A stretch of DNA of 64,000 nucleotides from Macrostomum lignano (lineage: Eukaryota), in assembly GCA_002269645.1 (NCBI GenBank), contig NIVC01002881.1:62001-126000 (forward strand), read 5' to 3'. The translations under genes were made by a program, and so were the position numbers. Below, in pieces: positions 1 to 11,400 of the stretch. The notes below the pieces were generated by a model. It had not been told where the DNA came from. It saw only the letters and a list, made by a program, of their open reading frames with translations, and did no database searches. Within the stretch, counting starts at the first letter, position 1. Every line of letters starts with the position of its first letter.

Positions 1-175
1 GATGGCCTATCAGGGCCGTGGGGCTGGAAGATGACGGCCGATGACCCGTGACTGTGGCGTGGCAGGCCGTTGGCTGAGCATACTCCTGGGCTCTGCGGGC
101 TAGAAACTGCTCGCGCAGAGTGGCGAGACCGGCGGCGGGCTGCTGGTGGTCTTCCGGCCAGCTGGTACGCGGTTC

Positions 176-463
176 TTAATCGCGCAGCCGCCTCACATGC
201 GGAGGGGAATCAAGGGTGAGGTCGACGACCTCCACCGGGGCGGCCACGGCTCGCCTGCTGCGGCGGCGACGAGACCGGCGGTTCCTCGACGACGCGCGCT
301 CCCTTCGCTCAGGTTGGGGCGACACGCGGCCTGGCGGCGGTGACGAAGACCTTCTCTCGTGTCGGCTGACCCAGCCGCAGCCACGGGTGCACAAGCAGGA
401 CGGGAGCCTGTCGTGGTGCGCCTTCCAGTTGGCCGGCGGCGGCCCCGATGGCCGGACCAGCAT
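176..463 (-). CDS. Putative accessory ORF downstream of the integrase (His/Cys cluster, Arg/Ser-rich tract, SIM-like VEVVDLT); possibly a pseudogene
   Basis: ATG at 463. The same frame stays open after the TAA at 176-178 to the window edge. No recognised homolog. Confidence 0.3.
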   Translation of the reverse strand: MLVRPSGPPPANWKAHHDRLPSCLCTRGCGWVSRHERRSSSPPPGRVSPQPERRERASSRNRRSRRRRSRRAVAAPVEVVDLTLDSPPHVRRLRD

Positions 464-994
464 GCGCCGAACAAAAAGTCGGTCACAGCCAACCTCTCTC
501 CCACTCGTCAGAGTTAGACCGATCCGTACGCTTAGTGGGGCGCGTTGGATGCATTGCTGCGCTGAAATGGGTTAAAATTTGTGCGCGCATGCGGGCGGTG
601 CGACTAACATACATTTGAGGCCTAGTATCGCTAATAAGAGCCTCTCTGGAGGCCTACGATCGCTAACTGGCCTACCTAACCCTACCGGTCCTAAAGGCGC
701 TTCCGCCTAAGTGGTGCATGGCGATGGTGCACGAGACTGCACCGCAGAAGAAGGTTCAGGGGGAGTGGGCGCATAGACGGGCAAAAAAGAAACAGCAGGC
801 ACAGATGCATTTGAAACAGGCTCACGCAAGTGGCATTCACCATACGGCACTGGCTCACGCCGAAGTGCACTTGCCTGGTTCGCTGGTGTCGTGATCGGTC
901 CACCTCCTGGCTGCACCTCCAGGATCGCCAGAGGCCGGAAGCACCACCAGAGGGCCGGCCTCACGTCGTCATCCTCGTCATCGTCGGGATCTTC

Positions 995-1857
995 TAGACC
1001 GTCGTCGGGGACCGGTGGCAGGGTCGCGAGTCACCATCAGGGACGTGGAGCAGGTTGCGGCGATGAACAACTAGTTCATCCCGTCTAGCTCGTGAATTCG
1101 GCAGTCTTTGGCGAATTTTGTAGACCACCTCGCCTCTGGGCTCGATGACTTCGTAGAGTGCTTTGCGGGGTCGATGAAACTTCGATGCCTCGTCTGGTTA
1201 GAGCACAGGGTTGTTGAGAAAGACCAGATCACCGGGCTTGAGCTTCTTGGCCTCCGGCAGGTTGGAATAGTGCTCGTATCGCAGCTGCTGATGAAGGTGC
1301 AGACGATCCTTGGCCAGCTAAGTGGCCTCGTCCAGACGGCGCTGGAAGTCCTTGACATAGCCGGGCAAATCAGCATATTCAGGCAGCTTTTTCAACGCGT
1401 TGTAGATCGGGAGTCGGAAGTCACGGCCAAACACCAGATAGTTGGGCGTGAATCTTGTCACAGTGTGTACACTGGAGCGGAGAGCCATCAGGCAGGCCGG
1501 GAGGAAGGTGTCCCAGTCATTATGGTTGCGCTCAAGGAGACAGGTGAGAATGCTCTTCAGCTGCTTATTGACGCTCTCGACTTGACCGTTAGAAGCTGGG
1601 TTGTACGGTGTTGTCGTATGTCGAATGCCAAACAGGTTGCAGAACTTCTTGAAGGCGGAGCCGGTGAAATTGGTGCCTTGGTCAGTGTGGATCCAGCAGG
1701 GTACACCGAAATCCGGGATGAGGCGCTCCTGCAGGATCTTAATGACGGTCTTGGCCTTCTGGTTTCTCATTGGATAGGCGAACGGATACTTCGACATTGC
1801 ATCGGACAGGGTTAGGATGTAGTGGTTCCCGCTCTTGATCTTCTGGGCGATACGGCC
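995..1857 (-). pseudogene. Gypsy-type integrase (rve core plus GPY/F-like C-terminal module) with in-frame stops
   Basis: Frame reads KSGNHYILTLSDAMSKYPFAYP...IHTDQGTNF...TTPYNPASNGQVESVN...DWD..LP..LMALRSSVH..TRFTPNYLVFGR. After TAG at 1318-1320 it continues LAKDRL...LKPGDLVFL, and after TAA at 1198-1200 it continues SKFHRPRKALYEVI...VVYKI...VVHRRNLL. The HHCC zinc finger is missing. Confidence 0.9.
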
Positions 1858-1961
1858 TACTGAAAACTCAAACTCTATTAATAATACATGTTAATAATAC
1901 ATAATACATATTAATAATAATATCCTACACAGCACTGAATGGGCAAATGAGTAGGAGGGAG

Positions 1962-2622
1962 TGTACCATGAAGGCTGCTGAGACTGTGGGACGGGTCTGG
2001 GACTATCTGATTGAGTAGGATGGATGGTAGAGTACCACAGAACCGAGATGAGACTTACCAGTTGGAGATCGGAGGTCTACAGAGGCTGGTCTGGCTCGGT
2101 GCGAAGTCAACCAATGCGGCCGTGGCGAGGCGTTGGTTGGCGAGCGAGATGCTGTCGTGAGAGTTGCAGGACTCGAAGATGAAAATGATAATTTGTGGAT
2201 GACCCGAGTGGTCACTCGCTTCTATCTCCCTGCGAACTCGAGGCGGTTGAGGTCATCCTACCCCAGCAGCGTCTCGGCCAGTCAGCAAAGATGGTTTGAT
2301 AGCCCCTTAATCCCCTGAGGGTCGCCATTCGCCAGCAGCCGCCAGATGAGCACGGCAACCCCAGGCACGTGGACTCCACAGGCGGGATGGGAGAATGTGC
2401 AACTCATTTCCCAGGCTCCCCGCCCATCCTGGCTCGGGTCGGCCTCGCGCGACAAAGGAATTAAGCCATCAGGAGGCTTACCAGGTCGGATTGAGATTGA
2501 CTCAAATGCGAACGATAGAGTTTGGTCTCTCCAAATAAGCGCTGGTTATTTCATTCGTATTTCGCACATTTTGAACTGTCTTCTCGCGCGGCAATAATTT
2601 ATCGCTTTATTATCCCCTAACA
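1962..2622 (+). mobile_element. Possible LTR of a second element (plus orientation)
   Basis: A purine tract GAGTAGGAGGGAG (PPT-like) directly precedes TGT at 1962, and a candidate ACA end lies at about 2622. No second copy in the window, so the boundaries are inferred. Confidence 0.3.
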
Positions 2623-3450
2623 TGTATCTCGCACTTGCATTGTAATGCAATGCAATGTTTGTTTTAAGCACCTTTCTTTTCATCCCTTTCTTTCTTCAAT
2701 CCTTCCCTTTCCCCAATTTCTTTCTCTTTTGGGATTTCCTTTCTTGGGACGCGTGTTAGCTTAATATTTTTATAACCTATTTGTGAGTAGTCGTTATTTT
2801 TACTATTCTTTTTGATGTGCTAGCTGCGATTTTGTACAAAACTGCGCTCATTTTTCTTCTTTGTTTTTGAGTTAATCTGCGATCAACTCACAAATAGGGG
2901 GGCTTATGATGAGGACGCACTTTTTTCCAAATCCCGCGCTAGCACATGGGCTCTAAACTTACTAGCCTACTAACAGTGGGCAATGGGCATTTTTATCCTT
3001 TTTCTGCGAATTGTCATAGAATCTATACTAGATATAATGTTTGGTCATACTAGTAGTCATAATAACATAGGCGCAGCTTTTTGGGTCATAAATCATCGCT
3101 TTCGAAGCTGGTCTGACAGCCACCTGCTCCTCACTCAGTGTTGAGGCGGGCGCCAGATGGTCTGAGAGGATGCGGGCGGTAGCTTTTTTCTCATCATTTT
3201 GACAGGCCATCAAGATTTACGAGGTCAGAGCCTATTGTTCGTGTTCACTCAAGCGTGTGACAGCTTTGACAGCTATGCGTTTTACCTCTAAAAGTACTTT
3301 GGGATTAGCGATTAGTGATTTCTCTTCATTATCTTCACTTTCTATTTAATAAGAGCTTTCTAATGTATATTTTTTCATTAATTATTGTCAATTCTACGCG
3401 AAAAGTCATAAATCATTTTGTTGCGATTTTGATTGATTTATGGCCGCACC

Positions 3451-4196
3451 TGTCATGTTTTTACGACCTCGAGGGCACTGATAGGATCTCCCGGTCACGT
3501 GATTCTGGGTAGCAACCAGCTTGGCCAATCAGAAAATTCGACGCTCATTTTAACAAATCGGCTCAGCCAATCAGAATCGACGTGTTCCATTATAACAAAC
3601 TGTGGTCCAGTTGGCGGCTATTTAAACCGGTGTTTTTGGCCCGCTTGGACCAACTCCTCCTAGGACCTTAGCCTAGATTGAGACGTCCCGGAGCGCGACT
3701 GTCGTTTCTTGATCCCCGGATTGCGACCTCCCCCATCATCATCAAGGACGAGTCCCCCCGGTCATCAGCAGCGAACATCAAAGTTAAGAGCATCACCTGC
3801 TAGCTATCTGCTAAGACCGTGACATCAGCACCATCCCGGGTCTACAGCTGCGAAGCACTAAGCCGATTCGGTCACTGTGGATTACCTGGTCTCCGGCTGT
3901 TGAGTTTCTGATTGGTTGGGTGAGAAACTGCCTAGATTTGCTTGATTGGGTGATCCTTATCTGTCCCCTGTTTCAGTAGCTGGATTAGGCGCTCACTTTT
4001 GCTCTTTTTGTTCAGTAGTGCTGTTGCTGAGGCAGAAGTCATTCAATAATACTGCTAGTAGTCTAAAACTCCAATTCAATCTGAAGTGTGAAGTGATCTG
4101 AGGAGAAGGTTAAATCTGACAGTTATTTTTATCGGTTTTATTTCTTTGTTCGCCGATGGCTTAGATGAATAGCTAAGCTAGTAGGCGCCGGTCACA
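3451..4196 (+). mobile_element. LTR-like block with a Pol II promoter
   Basis: Starts TGTCATG and ends GGTCACA. Contains CACGTG, two GCCAATCAGAA boxes (about 3524 and 3566) and TATTTAAA (3619-3626). No TSD and no recognisable tRNA PBS. Confidence 0.4.
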
Positions 4197-5401
4197 GTGG
4201 ACCAATGGCAAGGCAGTTCTCAGTCGATCAATCTATCAAATCAGTGAGCAAAACAGCCAGTAGTGCAGAATCGGTGCCAGAGATGTACTCTGTGCACTCT
4301 AGGTTCGCCAAGCGGCTCGGGTAATGAACCATGCGGTCTCTGATGTTCGAGTTAGCCTATCATCAGCGCTAGGAGAGGCTGGTTGGCGCGTTGAAGGCCA
4401 AAAGTACAATTCTTCGTATTTACCAATAGTACATGTAGCTACCCCATAGTCTCGCCACTGCAAGAATCCCCTGCACAAGTCCCCTCTGTACCTGCATGGC
4501 CAATGCGATCTAGTCCCAGCAGTGTCCCTTAACATCGGCTATGACTTCGAGATTGACAGCAAAAAGACACTAGTTGGCAGGTAAGTGCAAAGCCCCTTCT
4601 AGTCGGAAGCCCGATTTCGAGAGTCCCGGTGTGGTGAGCCAGGGCGCACGGGCTGGTGGCAGCGAGTTAGCTTAGTCTGCGGATTAGCTAATTTCTACCT
4701 TCAAAATTCTCCCTGCTTGTCTCTCGCTTTCCCTCTCTTAGCTATAGGACCTAGACTGCTTGCCACACGATCAAGCTACCATGGGGCTGACCATCTGACA
4801 GGAGTGGGGGGCCAGGACTCTAATCGATTTATTTCTGAGACCTGAGGCCCGAAGGCTTCCCCACAAGGGGGCCGAAAGGTCGAAACCCATCACAGAAAAC
4901 TAAGAAAAGAACGAGGAGGCGGAGAAGGATGCAGTTTACACCGAAACGAACATCAGTATATAATTGCCTCAAACTCTACCTCGGCTGGACCATAAAAGGA
5001 AAAATTAAACACACACAGGGACCAGCCGCGGTAGAAAAAGCAAAGGTATTGAATTAAGGGGGTTACGAAGTATAATAAGCAACTGGAAACAATTATACGC
5101 AAAAGGGAGATTAGCAGTCCCATTACGGGACGGGGAGCGTGACGGAAAACGTCCCGGCGTGGGAGAACAATTCCGGGTTGGGACAACACGATCACGTAAA
5201 GGTAAACCGATTTAAAGTTTTATTAAAAATAATGATTAATGTAAAATTTAATAGACCAAAATAATAAAAAGGGCAGCCACCTGCCACACTTACTACAAAT
5301 TCACTTTCAGAAAAGGTAGCCAAAGTATCAGGCCAGCAATCAACAGTTTTAGGAGTATTTATTAAGGCATTTTTGTATTATTTGGACAAGGTTCTTGCTA
5401 A

Positions 5402-8400
5402 ATGAATGCTAATATTCTTGTTTTTATTATTCAAGCTTTTGTTTTATGCATTTTTGCACACCAATCAGCAAATGATATAGTTGTCGAACAAAGTGAATTT
5501 GCTGGCGATGAAAACCCCACGTCTTTTCTCAAAAAAGAGTATTCACTTTCAAAACCATTTCAGGGTATGTTTTATTTATGTATCCTTTAAATTATAAATG
5601 TCAACATGACTACTAATCTATGACTATGGCCCATGGAAACCTTGCTTCATAATTTGTAGACCTAAAATAAAAGAAAACAACTTTGTTTTAGTATTTAAGT
5701 AAATGGCTATTTAGAACACAATTACAACATTTTGATGACATTATCTTTCAAGATAAATTGCAGAGTCTTTATTTTACTTTACTTCATTGTCTAATATTTA
5801 GCACTAACAATATCAATAGCCAAATAGGCCATGGTCAATTATGTCATATACTTTGACTATATTCTGATATTTGTTGTAGATTTCAAAATGTTGTAGATTT
5901 TAATGTTATTAAAAAATATTAGCTTCTATAATGATCAATTTTATTGAGTTAAATCACTATATTATACTATTATATTTATATCTTGGGATTGCCTTCTTAA
6001 TTAATCCTATAATTTATTTGCTAAATCTAAATACTTATTCTAATAACAATATTAAACTAGTAACAAAGGTTACATATTTTTATTGATTTAGGGTCTACTA
6101 CCATTTTTTTAAATCATTCAATAAACTTTTCCTAAGCTTTTATTTAAAAGTAATGAAAAAATTTCAAGTAATATTGAAACAATAAAACAATCTATACATA
6201 TAAAAATCAAAACTCTATGTGTCTGTGGACAATTTTGTTCGTTATGGACTCCCAAACCACTCAACCAAATTATACCAAATTTTGTACCAACCCTAAACTC
6301 ATTACAAAGAATGTCTTAGGCTATCTTTAAATTTCCTAGACTCTAGTCTTCCTGCCTAAAAGTACAAAAAACTGCTCAAAATGCGCAATTTTTTCACTTA
6401 ATCCTCCATAGCGCCGTTCTACTTCTACCGATTCTCTTTAAATTTGACACAGACAAGTTTTAACTATTTTGACACAATCGTGTAAAATTTCAAATCTGAA
6501 AGTTAATCCTGAATGGCACTGTGCACTTTTAAAGTTTGGCTGTTTTTTCAACAAGGCAGCCACCCCAACCTCCATCCGCCTGCCTTTCTTTCCCCATCTG
6601 GGCAAAGGGTGTAAATAGGTTTTAAAACTACTAACTTTCAGCTGCCATAAGTTTGCTCGATATGAAGTGATTAACTTCAAACTTGACACAATTCTTCATT
6701 GACTCATTCTCTGTCTAAATGTAAAGTCTCAACTCTATATCTCAATCAGGACAGAAACTGTAAGCATGTAAAGTTTATCTGCTTTTTCTGTTGTTTGTGC
6801 CACTTACTCATGTCATTCTCCCAGAGCCAGACGAAGGGTCAGGCAATAGGACTGAATGTACATAGCAAATTTACAGTGTTTTGGAATAACATTATTTATA
6901 GCCTTCTCTGCACCCCGAGAGTGGAGAGGCTACGTTTAGCCATAACAGTTTAGTGAGAAATTCTAACCACTGCCCTCTCCTCTGTATTGGCAAACTCTGT
7001 AACAGTTTAATAGTGGATAGCAAATCAAGGCAATCCAGCATGGTTTGTAAAAGCGAAAGATTTATGAAAAGGCGATGCAATGCAATAAAACCCTACTAAA
7101 TTAGTCACAGTCACACTATGAAACTTAAGTTTCTCTTAAAAGTGCTTTGAAATTTAAATGGCCTCCTAAGAAATGCATATTTCCTTGGTTGTTAGACTGA
7201 TGCAGACTGCAGTGGAGCTGAAAATACACAAATTCCTTTCAGGACTGCAAATTGGCAAGAAAGATGACATGATCAAAGCATGAGAACAGCCATGAGAGTA
7301 CTACGTCCCAAAAACTGGCTTTCCAAGTAGGAATGGGCAGACTTTTACCTCAAACTCCAGAAAAGAATCCAGCTTATGGCTGAGGGGCAGTTGAGAGTGG
7401 GGAGAAAAAAGAATAGACTATCAGAAAAGAGAGGAGAGGTGGGAGAGGGAATAAGAGAAAAAATAAAAGATAATAAGAGAGATGAGGGAGTGAGGACAAT
7501 GAGAAGAGAGAGTAGAGTAGAGTAGCGAGTGGAGAAGAGAGAGTAGAGGAGTGAGTAGAGATGAGCGAGTAGAGAGGAGAGAGTAAAAGAGTGAATAGAG
7601 AGTAGAGTAAAAGAGTGAGTAGAGAGTAGAGAGTAGAGTAGTGAGTGGAGAAGAGAGAGTAGAGGAGAGAGTAGAGATGAGCGAGTAGAGACGAGAGAGT
7701 AGAGAAGAGAAGAAAGATGGGAGAGGAGAGATAAGAGAGAGGGGGAAGCAAAGAGAAATGAAAAGAGATAGAAGAGAAAAGAGAGAAGAGAAAGGAGAGA
7801 TCAGAGCACAAATAAAGATGAGAGAGAAGAGAGGTGAAGGAAAAGACGAGAGAAGAGTGGGAAGAGAGGAAAGAGAAAAGAAGAGAAATGAGGGAAGATA
7901 CAAGAAAAGAGAGGAGAGAGGAGAGAGGAAAAAAGAAAAGAGGAGAAGAGAGAGAGCAGAGAGGAGAGACGGGACAAGAAAGAAGAGAGGAAACAGAAGA
8001 GAAGATAGAAGTTTCAAAGGATCCAAGGGACGTAGTGAGAGTCAGAGGCAGAGGCCAGAGTTTGCCAATACATGTTTTAGAGTCAGACATACATTAACTG
8101 CCTATTTAAAGTAAAAAGCACCCCCCTCCCCCCCCTCCCAGCCAACAATATCAATGTTTGCCTCAAATCCTAATTTTACGCAAATGTACTTCATTTTGTT
8201 TACCTCTATCCTACTAACTATTAACAAGTTTTTGTTTGAGTATGGGCTCAGATTTCAGAATATATGCAAAAATAGTTCCGGGGATTGGAATTCCCTGGGT
8301 TCAAATTCCGCGGGTTTCAACAGCTTGTCAATTAATAAGTATCAAAGTTTATGCCAAGACTTAGCAAATGTAATAATAGGCAATATAATAGGCCTATATC

Positions 8401-11400
8401 ATATGCCACACTCCAGATCATGTAGTATATGCCAATAATTCGGGCATGCATTGGCCTTGCATGCCAAAATTGGGCGTGCACAGTTGGCATGTATCACTCC
8501 TGAGAAGAAAGTATACGTGCACACCTGGCGTGCACTTTATAGAATCACATGTAAAAGTTATTGTGAAGTAGAAAAAATGATAAAGTTCATGATAAAGGTT
8601 TTTTCAAGCTTGTAGAAAGGCATTTAAACAAATTTTTGCATGTATAATTTTTTTGCCATAAAATAGTATTGCCAAAAAGGCATAAAAAGCAACCAAATTA
8701 ACTAAATTATCTGGTAATAAGGGACTATTACGCAATTTAAAAAAAAATATTTTATTGTCACAAAATAAAAAAGGTCATTTATTGTTGGAACACTGGCATA
8801 TTTTTGAGAATGGGTATGCACTACATTTTTTTGGTGTGTATTTATAATTATTCAATTTTTGTTCTGGCGTAGACCTAGCATGATCCAGACTATGGATCAT
8901 ATATAGGCCATAGTCAGGAAGATGGCCTTTTTCATGTAAAATTCTAGCACAAAACAAGGTTTGATTGTTATAAAGTTAATAATCTGTTTGTAGATGATAA
9001 ACAGCATATCTTATAGGGTATTTAAATAGGATAAGGGGGCCTAAAGTACTTCTCTCAAGAAGTAAATAAAATATAAAAAATTATATTGCAATAAATTTTG
9101 TATTTAAATCTATGATACTATAAATTATAAATATAATATACATGTGTATATTGTTGTTTATGTATTGAATGTTGATAGTATAGAGTAGAAAGGTATTAAC
9201 AAAGTTTCTTAACTTCTAAATTGACTTAATCTTTTGTGACTACTTATTCTTATTCTCAAACAGTATCAAAATACTAGCAATTAGCAACTATGAGATACCA
9301 ACCAACTAAGCAAAAGCTTATCAATTACTAATCAATATTAACTACCAATCTATTCATTAAATAATTTGAAAAACAAAAATAAAAATTTAGACAAACTTCA
9401 TTTTCACTTGGGTAATAGTAATAGGTTTAAAAAGACACTACATGATATAAGGCAAATAAATAAAATTAGTGCAGTGTAAATAAATATTTTGGGCTCAATT
9501 ATATTTATATTATAACACTTTTTATGACTATGATATTATGTGGTAGTGATCTTTCAGTTCATTTTCTAATATCATTTTTAAGTTTGAATCAATGTTACAA
9601 TATAGTGCCATGGCAGAAAATGATGTCTATGGCCAAAGGGGATAGGAAATAGTATTAGAAAATGCTCTAGCCTTTAACTCTTATCTAATGCTCTATCTAT
9701 TACTTTATCTACTGCTATATCTACAAAAAAACCCACAAAAAAACCATATGGCCCAAAAATAAACCTAGCAATAGGATAGTCATAGTTACATCTGCTATTT
9801 ACCCAAAATTTCGCTAATTTTTGCTTTAGTGTTTCTTTCACAGTTAAGTTGTATTTTTTGATCAAAAAGTAAAAGTTGCATGGCTAGTATAAATCAGGAG
9901 GGTTGCACATGTGTGATCAAAATGATAAAATTATTTCGTATATTATAACAAAATGTTAAATTCTATGCTACTTTGAAAATAAAATTTCCAAGAAATTTAA
10001 AAACATTTCTACAAATATAATTTTTTTTCAAGTCTTTACCAACCTTTGTATTTAAATTGTTTGACAAAATTCCCACTAAATTTTTGACACAACTTATTTA
10101 AACTATTGCAATTAGCCTTTTATCTTTGTTTATGATTTTCACTATCATTATTAGGCTGATCAAGTAGTAGCTGGCATCTAATCAAGGGGTAGCACTCACT
10201 CACTGAAATCTGATTAAGGGCTAGCACTCACTCAGTGACATCTAGTCAAGGGGTAGCACTCACTCACTGACATCTGATCAAGGGGTAGCACTCACTCACT
10301 GACATCTGATCAAGGGGTAGCATTCACTCACTGACATCTAGTCAAGGGGTAGCACTCACTCAGTGAAATCTGATCAAGGGGTAGCACTCACTCAGTGAAA
10401 TCTGATCAAGGGGTAGCACTCACTCAGTGACATCTAGTCAAGGGGTAGCACTCACTCACTGATATCTGATCAAGGGGTAGCACTCACTCACTGACATCTG
10501 ATCAAGGGGTAGCATTCATTCACTGACATCTAGTCAAGGGGTAGCATTCACTCACTGACATCTAGTCAAGGGGTAGCATTCACTCACTGACATCTGATCA
10601 AGGGGTAGCACTCACTCACTGACATCTGATCAAGGGGTAGCATTCACTCACTGACATCTAGTCAATGGGTAGCACTCACTCAGTGAAATCTTATCAAGGG
10701 GTAGCACTCACTCAGTGAAATCTGATCAAGGGGTAGCACTCACTCACTGACATCTAGTCAAGGGGTAGCACTCACTCAGTGACATCTTGTCAAGGGGTAG
10801 CACTCACTCACTGACATCTGATCAAGGGGTAGCACTCACTCAGTGACATCTGATCAAGGGGTAGCACTCACTCACTGACATCTGATCAAGGGGTAGCACT
10901 CACTCAGTGACATCTAGTCAATGGGTAGCACTCACTCACTGACATCTAGTCAAGGGGTAGCACTCACTCACTGACATCTAGTCAAGGGGTAGCACTCACT
11001 CACTGACATCTAGTCAAGGGGTAGCACTCACTCACTGCCAAGCTGGTCTTTAGTGCTCTGAGACATTGGGTATCACTCTGCACTCAGGCAGTCAGCTATA
11101 AACAATCTCCAACACTCTACTCGCTCTTTAGGCCACTGGGACTTCGGTGGCAGCACAGTGATTGCATCTGATTTCATTCGCCTAACTCCGGACAGTCAGT
11201 CACACCGAGGCGCTGTATGGTGCAAAATCCCAGTCCGAATGCGTCACTGGGAGGTGCAGATGCACTTCCGAGTGCACGGCTCCACTGGCAACCTGTTTGG
11301 CGACGGCATGGCATTCTGGTACATTGACCCGGCCGTCAGCAAGTTCAGCGGGCCCGTGTTCGGCATGCAAGACAAATTCCGCGGCCTCGGTGTACTTTTA

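Larger units (their letters stand above)
1..1860 (-). mobile_element. Degenerate Ty3/Gypsy-like LTR retrotransposon fragment (3' part of pol plus downstream region); runs off the left edge and is truncated at about 1860
   Basis: Contains an rve integrase core, a GPY/F-like module and a typical pol tail motif (GRPVSDRRPPERL, about 640-680). No gag, protease or RT visible upstream. Confidence 0.85.

Noticed and set aside
1108-1815. 235-aa plus-strand ORF
   Set aside because: Antisense shadow of the codon-biased integrase; no motif of its own.
445-4197. Shared two-part motif CCGATGGC-n27/28-CGGTCACAG at 445-488 and 4153-4197 as paired LTR ends
   Set aside because: The intervening and flanking sequences do not align, so these are not two copies of one LTR. 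Likely chance or remote kinship.
4830-4895. Hammerhead ribozyme (CTGAGA...CGAAAC)
   Set aside because: The core lacks N7 (CUGA-GA rather than CUGANGA), and no complementary stem-III strand with a UH cleavage site is present on either side.
8280-8320. tRNA B-box-like GGTTCAAATTCC
   Set aside because: No A box or cloverleaf, and it does not fit the consensus spacing.
9674-9865. 63-aa minus-strand ORF with a GPYGFFVG stretch in AT-rich intron DNA
   Set aside because: Short, no proper start or splice context, and no recognisable family.
10170-11038. 32-bp (and 35-bp at 53k and 58.9k) repeats as CRISPR arrays
   Set aside because: Unit lengths resemble CRISPR repeats, but the units are head-to-tail with no spacers.
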